This document shows positions 1 to 5,977 of a DNA stretch of 10,948 nucleotides, piece by piece. How positions within the stretch are numbered: position 1 is the stretch's first letter; each line of letters starts with the position of its first letter. The stretch comes from Cyanobacteriota bacterium. GTDB taxonomy: Bacteria > Cyanobacteriota > Cyanobacteriia > Cyanobacteriales > Nostocaceae. The DNA lies in NCBI GenBank assembly GCA_046045965.1, contig JBJOKS010000066.1:1-10948 (forward strand), written 5' to 3'. A program made the translations under genes and the position numbers. The notes under the pieces are model-generated. The model made no database searches. It was given only the letters and a program-made list of their open reading frames with translations, and was not told the DNA's origin.

Positions 1-540
1 ATCTGGGTGTAAAATTATAGAACCATGTTGTAAAATTGCCTTTCCCCGTCGCAGTTGGGCGCTACCAATTAGTTTACTCCCATCTGCTAAAATTAAATCT
101 GCACCAGTCGCAGTTCCAAAACAGTTAGGGTTGTGAATATAACCCCGGCCAGCTTGACCATAGATTAACTCTACACCGAGCGATCGCCATCCAGCAATCA
201 AAAACTCACAAATCTTTGCATATACCTGAATACGACTTCCCACAATTCCAGAAGTAATTACAGCATAAGTTAAATCACCTTGATGTAAAACTGCCCTTCC
301 ACCACTAGGACGACGTACCAAATCAAGTTTATCACCATGCCAAGTTAAATTTGTCCAATATTCAGGATATCGTTTTTGATGATAACCCAGAGAAATGGCG
401 GATGGCGACCAAGTATAAAACCGCAAAGTGGGAGGATGCTTTCCTGACTCGTGCTGTTCCAGCAACCATCTATCAACTGCCATTTGGACATTACCAGCAG
501 CTGCTAAACAAGGAATTAGTCGCCAAACCTGTTTTACCAC
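1..540 (-). CDS. Biotin/lipoate A/B protein ligase family protein (LplA/LipM-like), 3' end runs off the window
   Basis: Not in the ORF track. Manual translation from GTG at 540 is open to position 1: MVKQVWRLIPCLAAAGNVQMAVDRWLLEQH...PPTLRFYTWSPSAISLGYHQ...LVRRPSGGRAVLHQGDLTYAV...NPNCF...GSKLIGSAQLRRGKAILQHGSI. RRxSGGxAVxH, KxxGSAQ and LQHGS are family motifs. Confidence 0.9.
   Translation of the reverse strand, partial: MVKQVWRLIPCLAAAGNVQMAVDRWLLEQHESGKHPPTLRFYTWSPSAISLGYHQKRYPEYWTNLTWHGDKLDLVRRPSGGRAVLHQGDLTYAVITSGIVGSRIQVYAKICEFLIAGWRSLGVELIYGQAGRGYIHNPNCFGTATGADLILADGSKLIGSAQLRRGKAILQHGSIILHPD
180..187. other. HIP1 octamer GCGATCGC (further copies at 1394-1401 and 10437-10444)
   Basis: Exact palindrome read from the sequence, a cyanobacterial hallmark. 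Confidence 0.85.
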
Positions 541-575
541 AAAATCTAAAATCCAAAATCCAAAATCTAAAATTG
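541..575. repeat. Heptamer tandem repeat (STRR-like, AAAATCY x4 plus one degenerate unit)
   Basis: aaaatct aaaatcc aaaatcc aaaatct aaaattg fills the gap between the YbjN-gene stop and the ligase start. Confidence 0.85.
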
Positions 576-576
576 C

Positions 577-1056
577 CTATGCTGCACCAAACTCAGCAAC
601 TAACGCTTCATCATTATCATCAGCGATGGTGGCAACAATGGTAATTATACGGGAAACTTCCCCTGGTGACAATTCGGCTAAAGTGCGTGAAGAAATGACA
701 ACAACCTGATTTTCAATAATGCCAAAACGGGCTTCAAAGGTACTTGTGCAGTTCAACTCTAACAGATAACGCATCAATCTGGGTTCATCTTTGGCGGGTA
801 AATTTAGCACAGCTGACCAAACTGTGATAGTATCTTCATCAGTAGAACCGGTGAGTTGTACAAATACTTCTACACTGCCATATTGAAACTTCCACAGATA
901 AGCGCCATCTGGTGAGTTGCTAACCATTGCGCTGTTATTCTGTTCTAGGGTACTAATAACGTTTTCAATTAATTCTACATGATTAGGACCAGATGTTTCG
1001 GCAATAATTTCATCAACTAATTCATCGGGAGTTAGGGTTTCTTGGTAGCTTGTCAT
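577..1056 (-). CDS. YbjN domain / CesT-like chaperone-fold protein
   Basis: 159-aa acidic ORF with WKFQYGSVEVFVQLTG...LLELN...FEARFGI...RTLAELSPGEVSRII..VATIADDND, the pattern of the conserved cyanobacterial YbjN-domain protein. Confidence 0.8.
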   Translation of the reverse strand: MTSYQETLTPDELVDEIIAETSGPNHVELIENVISTLEQNNSAMVSNSPDGAYLWKFQYGSVEVFVQLTGSTDEDTITVWSAVLNLPAKDEPRLMRYLLELNCTSTFEARFGIIENQVVVISSRTLAELSPGEVSRIITIVATIADDNDEALVAEFGAA

Positions 1057-1240
1057 ACAGATTTATTCCTCAATATAGTTACTGGTTTAATCTACAATTA
1101 CTTTATCGTTTGTAGGCAAAATTGGCTTGTGTCAGAAGTTTAGGTGACAGGAAAGAAGAAATAAAGGTTTACCTAGCTTCCCAAAAATCAAATATGATTT
1201 CTATACTATATCTTTGAATATACCTAAATATTAACATATT

Positions 1241-2350
1241 ATGCAGCAAATCATACCTGACTCTCTTTCTCCTAACTCTCCAGTTTTACAAACGAGTGTA
1301 AGAAAATTGGGAATTAACCCAAATCACTGGTATGTGGTTGCACGGAGTGAGGAAGTTAAAAATAACCCTTTGTCTGTAACAATTTGGCAACAGGCGATCG
1401 CACTTTATCGAGATTATACCGGAAAAGTTTACGCTTTAGAAGACCGTTGTCCCCATCGTCAAGTTAAACTTAGTCATGGGCAAGTAATAAACAACGAATT
1501 AGAATGTGCTTATCATGGTTGGCGGTTTGATAGTGAAGGTAAATGTGCAGAAGTTCCCTATTTAGCAGCAAATCAAAAATTACCAACTTGTAAAATTCGC
1601 AATTATCCAGTTAAAGAACAAGATGGTTTTATTTGGTTATTCCCTGGAGATAAAGAACCAAATAGAGAACCATTGGGTTTACCAGAATGGGAACATTTAA
1701 ATTATATTGGCACAGTTTCCGTGATTCATACTCAAGCTCATTATTCTTATTTAATTGAAAACTTGATGGATATGTATCACGGACATTTACATCAAGATTT
1801 GCAAGCTTGGGCTGAAGCATCATTGCAAAATATTGACGAAGATAAAAATACTGTTCATGCCCATTATACAGCCCAAAGTTATTATAAAATAGATAAAATT
1901 TGGTCAATATCCCAATTATTTTTTCCTGCTTTGCGTCGCTTGCATCCTGAACCTTTAGATGTGAGTTATGTTTATCCTCATTGGGTTTCTACCTTGGGTA
2001 AAGATTTTAAAATTTATTGTTTATTATGTCCAGTGAACGAGACAGAAACAAAAGCCTATTTAATTCACTTTACCTCACTCAATGCCTTTTGGCGATTACA
2101 CAAATTACCTATATGGTTTCGGCGGTTTATCAAAGATAGTTTATTTGGTGCAGCACAGAAATTATTGGATGGTTTGGTGATTCAAGATGTAAAAATGATT
2201 GAAGAAGAACAACAGGCTTATTTGCAAAATCCAGACATCAGAAATTATGAATTAAATCGAGCTTTAGTAAGTGTGCAAAAATTAATGAAAAAACAGGTAG
2301 AACAATTTGCAAACCAGGAAACAAAATACATTGATTCACCGTCTAATTGA
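1241..2350 (+). CDS. Rieske [2Fe-2S] non-heme iron oxygenase alpha subunit (VanA/PaO-like), substrate unknown
   Basis: Rieske motif CPHRQVKLS...ECAYHGW, mononuclear iron motif ENLMDMYHGHLH, and C-terminal QD (VIQDVKMIE). Confidence 0.9.
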   Translation: MQQIIPDSLSPNSPVLQTSVRKLGINPNHWYVVARSEEVKNNPLSVTIWQQAIALYRDYTGKVYALEDRCPHRQVKLSHGQVINNELECAYHGWRFDSEGKCAEVPYLAANQKLPTCKIRNYPVKEQDGFIWLFPGDKEPNREPLGLPEWEHLNYIGTVSVIHTQAHYSYLIENLMDMYHGHLHQDLQAWAEASLQNIDEDKNTVHAHYTAQSYYKIDKIWSISQLFFPALRRLHPEPLDVSYVYPHWVSTLGKDFKIYCLLCPVNETETKAYLIHFTSLNAFWRLHKLPIWFRRFIKDSLFGAAQKLLDGLVIQDVKMIEEEQQAYLQNPDIRNYELNRALVSVQKLMKKQVEQFANQETKYIDSPSN

Positions 2351-2442
2351 TAAATGGTCAAACCATAAAGATAACAAGATTTTTGTAAATGCTTGTTTAC
2401 ATTTCCCGGTGAGATAAAAACATTAAACTGATCAAGGTCAAC

Positions 2443-3018
2443 ATGAAAAAATCTAGTCTCAAACTCTCAAAAATTGCGAATTTATTGATATTAACTGCTA
2501 TGTTATCTTTGAGTAGCAGTTTACCCATCATCAAGAATAATTCAAATAACGCTGTTTTTGCCAATTCTGTCAATTTTCATAGCAACAGAATTAAAAATAA
2601 TAAAATTGAACCAGTAAAAATTCCTGAAGACCAATTACCACCACCTTTGGATCAAAATGTAATATTCAGAGAAATTGCCAGTGGTGGTTTTGCTGGATTA
2701 ACATATCAAACCACTTTACTCAGTGATGGGTTATTGATGCGTGTGCGTATTGGTGATGCAAATGACTCTGAACGTAGCGTTCGCAGAGTTTCTTTGCAAG
2801 AGGTAAAAAAGTTTGAAAAGCTGTTAAATAAAAATAACATTGCTAAATTCAAAAATCTCAGTTATCCAGCACCTAGCGGGGCGGCTGATTTTATTACCTA
2901 TACTCTCACCAGTCAAGAAGGGACATTTCAGTACAAGGATATTTCTCAAGATGAACTACCAAAGACATTACAGTCTGTAGTTTCCGCTTGGAGGCAACTT
3001 CAAGATAGTGCTAACTAA
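2443..3018 (+). CDS. Hypothetical secreted protein with a possible emfourin-like C-terminal domain
   Basis: 191-aa ORF with a basic then hydrophobic N-terminus (MKKSSLKLSKIANLLILTAMLSLSSS) and SGGFAG...GAADFITYTLT...LPKTLQSVVSAW in the C-terminal part. Confidence 0.75.
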   Translation: MKKSSLKLSKIANLLILTAMLSLSSSLPIIKNNSNNAVFANSVNFHSNRIKNNKIEPVKIPEDQLPPPLDQNVIFREIASGGFAGLTYQTTLLSDGLLMRVRIGDANDSERSVRRVSLQEVKKFEKLLNKNNIAKFKNLSYPAPSGAADFITYTLTSQEGTFQYKDISQDELPKTLQSVVSAWRQLQDSAN

Positions 3019-3089
3019 CTATAAGTAGTACAGTTAGAAGTGAGAAAAATTTCAGATTTGGGGTTTTACATTTTAGATTTTTGATGACA

Positions 3090-3139
3090 TAGGACTTGCG
3101 TATAAATTGTCAATAAACCTGATTTCTGTGTAAGTCCTA
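3090..3139. repeat. 50-bp small dispersed repeat with terminal inverted repeats (TAGGACTT...AAGTCCTA)
   Basis: taggacttgcgta (3090-3102) and tgtgtaagtccta (3127-3139) are inverted, 8/8 at the termini and 10/13 overall. From memory it resembles the TAGGACTTACGCA intergenic repeat of Nostocales. Confidence 0.6.
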
Positions 3140-3453
3140 ATCAATTATCAATCATGACTTAAAAAATCTCATTCATTCTCAATCTTGTATTCTGTATCCT
3201 GAGTCCTTGCGTAATATTAGGAAATCATGATGATAAATTTTGATATTTGGGTGTATAATTAATATTTAATTTTTTATTCAAAACTGGTAGGTCTAAAAGA
3301 AGAAGTTGCACGGAATGACTGGTATTTTAATGTTGTGCTAAGGGGTGCAATTACCTGTGGACTACCAGAAGAATACTGTTGGCATTTGTTTAATAAAATG
3401 TACCAATTACAACAACTTCATCAAACACAAACAAAACACTCTGTTTAAACAAC

Positions 3454-4050
3454 CTAATCTAACTCTCGACGACCTTCTAAAGCCCTAGCCAGCGTCACCT
3501 CATCAGCATACTCTAAATCACCACCCACCGGTAAACCAAAAGCAATGCGTGTCACTTTAGTAAACGGTTTCAATAATTGACCTATATATAATGTCGTGGT
3601 TTCTCCTTCCACACTAGGACTAATAGCCATAATCACTTCTTTTGGCTGTTGTTGACTAACTCTGCGTACCAAAGCTTGAACTGTCAACTGTTCTGGTCCA
3701 ATACCATCCATCGGCGAAATTACCCCACCCAAAACATGATACTTCCCTTTATACTCGCGGGTTTTTTCCAAAGCAATCACATCACGAGAATCAGCAACTA
3801 CACAAATAGTTGTATTATCTCGGTTATGGTTGCGGCAGATATCACAGACAGGTTCAGATGAGAGGTGATAGCAGACTTGACACAAGCCTACCTGTTTTTT
3901 AGCATCAATTAGAGCCTGTGCTAGGGCTTCTACTTCTGCTTCTGGACGCTTCAAAATATGCAACGCTAGACGCTGGGCAGATTTTGGACCCACACCGGGG
4001 AGGCGTTGCAGTTGTTCAATTAACCGGGCTAAAGGGCGTGCGTAAACCGT
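3454..4050 (-). CDS. recR: Recombination mediator RecR
   Basis: HhH motif [14 protein letters not shown]4 zinc finger CQVC...[20 protein letters not shown], Toprim region SPSVEGETT and GGDLEYAD. RecR-like sequence extends 19 codons upstream of the track's GTG at 3993 ([18 protein letters not shown]) to ACG at 4050, giving 198 aa. Gene identity is firm, the start is inferred. Confidence 0.95.
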   Translation of the reverse strand, partial: TVYARPLARLIEQLQRLPGVGPKSAQRLALHILKRPEAEVEALAQALIDAKKQVGLCQVCYHLSSEPVCDICRNHNRDNTTICVVADSRDVIALEKTREYKGKYHVLGGVISPMDGIGPEQLTVQALVRRVSQQQPKEVIMAISPSVEGETTTLYIGQLLKPFTKVTRIAFGLPVGGDLEYADEVTLARALEGRRELD

Positions 4051-4057
4051 GGCTTTA

Positions 4058-4063
4058 TCTCCT
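4058..4063 (-). promoter_or_regulatory. Shine-Dalgarno sequence AGGAGA for recR
   Basis: The - strand reads AGGAGA-taaagcc-ACG GTT TAC, a 7-nt spacing. Confidence 0.7.
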
Positions 4064-4113
4064 GTGTGTTTTTACCTTTCCTATGATGACATTTTTGGGG
4101 AGTTTTGGAGAAA

Positions 4114-4153
4114 CTGTCTGAATCAGGATATCCAGGATTAAAGGATTAACAGG
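4114..4153 (+). repeat. Small dispersed repeat, copy 1 (GAATCAGGAT...AGGAT, 9-nt periodic)
   Basis: ctgtctgaatcaggatatccaggattaaaggattaacagg matches the reverse complement of 8421-8460 at 29/40 positions without gaps. Confidence 0.65.
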
Positions 4154-4170
4154 ATGAAAAAAGCGGTTTT

Positions 4171-4296
4171 AGGGACTTCCAGGAAATAAATTATCCCAAT
4201 CTTGTGGGATGGGCTTCTAGCCCGTCCTGGTTTAAGGGCAGGCAAGATGCCTACCCCACAAGAATTGATTGTATATTTTTTTATCTGGAAGTCCCT
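4171..4296. mobile_element. 126-bp MITE-like palindromic element enclosing an inverted pair of REP-like units
   Basis: Perfect 12-bp terminal inverted repeat AGGGACTTCCAG / CTGGAAGTCCCT. Inner inverted units cttgtgggatgggcttctagcccgtcc and gggcaggcaagatgcctaccccacaag each carry their own small hairpin. No coding capacity. Confidence 0.75.
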
Positions 4297-4327
4297 GATC
4301 AGCAATTAGAGTATAGCAAAATATGTT

Positions 4328-5584
4328 CTTTCCATCCCCTTGCGGGGAAATGAGTTTGGAAAGAAAAATTTACAAATTAATCAACGCATAAAATTTTTGT
4401 TTCCATCCCCTTGCGGGGAAATGAGTTTGGAAAGATAAGTTGTACACTTTGGTGTTATATGAAAAGAATGTTTCCATCCCCTTGCGGGGAAGTGAGTTTG
4501 GAAAGCCGATTTGAGGAAGCAGCTCCGTATCTGGATCGAGCCTAGTTTCCATCCCCTTGCGGGGAAGTGAGTTTGGAAAGAGGGAAATCCTTTCCAGTTC
4601 AGAATGGAGGAAACAAAAGTTTCCATCCCCTTACGGGGAAGTGAGTTTGGAAAGAAGTTCTTATCCTCGATGCAGAGAATCTAGAGAGTTTCCATCCCCT
4701 TGCGGGGAAATGAGTTTGGAAAGTTTGACCGCCTGTGGGGTGGTGCGGGAGCCGACAAATGTTTCCATCCCCTTGCGGGGAAATGAGTTTGGAAAGTTAA
4801 AGAAATTGAAATTAAGCCACCAAGATGTCACAAAATTGTTTCCATCCCCTTGCGGGGAAATGAGTTTGGAAAGTAGAACTTTATCTTTCCGAAACCCGTT
4901 AAAAAAAACGTTTCCATCCCCTTGCGGGGAAATGAGTTTGGAAAGTATAGATCATGGCAAAAGTTAGAGTTGAAACAATTAAGGTTTCCATCCCCTTGCG
5001 GGGAAATGAGTTTGGAAAGTTTCAGTGGTGAAGTTGGTAAAATGCCATCAGGTTTCCATCCCCTTGCGGGGAAATGAGTTTGGAAAGTTGTTTGATCGCC
5101 TCATCTAGAGGCATCGATTGGTTTCCATCCCCTTGCGGGGAAATGAGTTTGGAAAGGCTCCAAAAATTCTGATAATATGGGATTTCTTGTTTCCATCCCC
5201 TTGCGGGGAAATGAGTTTGGAAAGCAAGAGGCGGGCAGGATTGTAAGTCTGCTGCCAGAAAGTTTCCATCCCCTTGCGGGGAAATGAGTTTGGAAAGCAT
5301 CGTACCACATGGTGTCTCCATCGTGGAGGACGTAGTCATGTTTCCATCCCCTTGCGGGGAAATGAGTTTGGAAAGGCAATCAGCCAACTTGGTGATGATC
5401 AGTTTAGTGTTTCCATCCCCTTGCGGGGAAATGAGTTTGGAAAGTTGGAAAGGGCGAGACCGTTCTTGCTGTCACGTTTCCATCCCCTTGCGGGGAAATG
5501 AGTTTGGAAAGCTGAAATTCGAGACCTGACACCTGAAGAAGTTTCAAGGTTTCCATCCCCTTGCGGGGAAATGAGTTTGGAAAG
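4328..5584 (-). CRISPR. CRISPR array with 18 repeats of 36 bp and 17 spacers of 31-42 bp, probably type III-associated, no cas genes in the window
   Basis: Repeat on + is GTTTCCATCCCCTTGCGGGGAAATGAGTTTGGAAAG, starting at 4328, 4399, 4470, 4545, 4619, 4688, 4761, 4838, 4910, 4984, 5052, 5121, 5189, 5262, 5340, 5409, 5476 and 5549. The - strand form CTTTCCAAACTCATTTCCCCGCAAGGGGATGGAAAC has a TCCCC-GCAA-GGGGA hairpin and an ATGGAAAC 3' end. Variant repeats lie at the low-coordinate end and the leader/promoter at the high end, which gives the - orientation. Confidence 0.98.
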
Positions 5585-5787
5585 AGTTCACTTCTAGAAA
5601 CCTTACAGAGCAAGGGTTTCAGATACCCTAATCGACACACCTCTTAAAAATGGAAAAAAAACTTCAAGAAATGGTCAAAATTGCAGCCTGAAATCCTTAT
5701 GGTGGAAGCCATCGACACACCTGAACGAAGTTATGCGGTTTTCAAGGTTCGGGCGAGGTGTGTCGATAAATCTGAACACATTACATC
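5585..5787 (-). promoter_or_regulatory. CRISPR leader
   Basis: Non-coding stretch of about 200 bp between the first repeat and the promoter. It has ATCGACACACCT at 5631-5642 and 5711-5722, an inverted copy at 5756-5767, and an imperfect hairpin gaaacc...ggtttc at 5597-5620. Confidence 0.8.
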
Positions 5788-5816
5788 AAGATAGATGATT
5801 TCACTGAAATTGTCAA
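5788..5816 (-). promoter_or_regulatory. Sigma70-type promoter driving the CRISPR array
   Basis: The - strand reads TTGACA (5816-5811), 17 nt, TATCTT (5793-5788), pointing into the leader and array. Confidence 0.7.
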
Positions 5817-5826
5817 GCCGTTCAAT

Positions 5827-5851
5827 AATGGACAATTAACAATTGACAATT
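5827..5851. repeat. Heptamer tandem repeat (AATTGAC-type, about 3.5 units)
   Basis: aatggac aattaac aattgac aatt. Confidence 0.65.
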
Positions 5852-5942
5852 ACCTCTCCCTTAAAGTCCGAGAATTGAAAAAGCGGAAATTTTTGGGTTT
5901 TTACCCTGGAAAGGGCAGGTTTTAAACCTTGAATAAAACAAT

Positions 5943-5977
5943 TCAATTGTCAATCGTCAATTGTCAATTATCAATTG
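5943..5977. repeat. Heptamer tandem repeat (TCAATTG-type, 5 units) overlapping the sps stop codon
   Basis: tcaattg tcaatcg tcaattg tcaatta tcaattg, inverted relative to 5827-5851. Confidence 0.75.

Noticed and set aside
351..709. + strand ORFs 351-644 and 428-709
   Set aside because: They are antisense to the ligase and YbjN genes, and part of their sequence is translated heptamer repeat (KSKIQNPKSKI).
3140..3453. Possible ncRNA or tracrRNA-like element in the AT-rich intergenic region
   Set aside because: No anti-repeat, convincing stable structure or recognisable RNA motif was seen by eye.
3991..3993. GTG start for recR given in the ORF track
   Set aside because: It falls inside the conserved LPGVG HhH motif and would remove the N-terminal helix.
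4364..4398. Terminal inverted repeat aaaaattt/aaattttt in spacer 1
   Set aside because: Low-complexity AT sequence, likely chance.
4581..4909. ctttcc...gaaac fragments in spacers 4 and 8 resembling an inverted repeat copy
   Set aside because: The matches are only 6-7 nt, too short to support an anti-repeat.
4364..5548. Self-targeting of genes within this window by spacers
   Set aside because: No match was found by eye, and a whole-genome search is still needed.
4370..5640. Nine short ORFs across the array (FQTHFPARGWK, FPSPCGEMSLE repeats)
   Set aside because: They are translations of CRISPR repeats and spacers.
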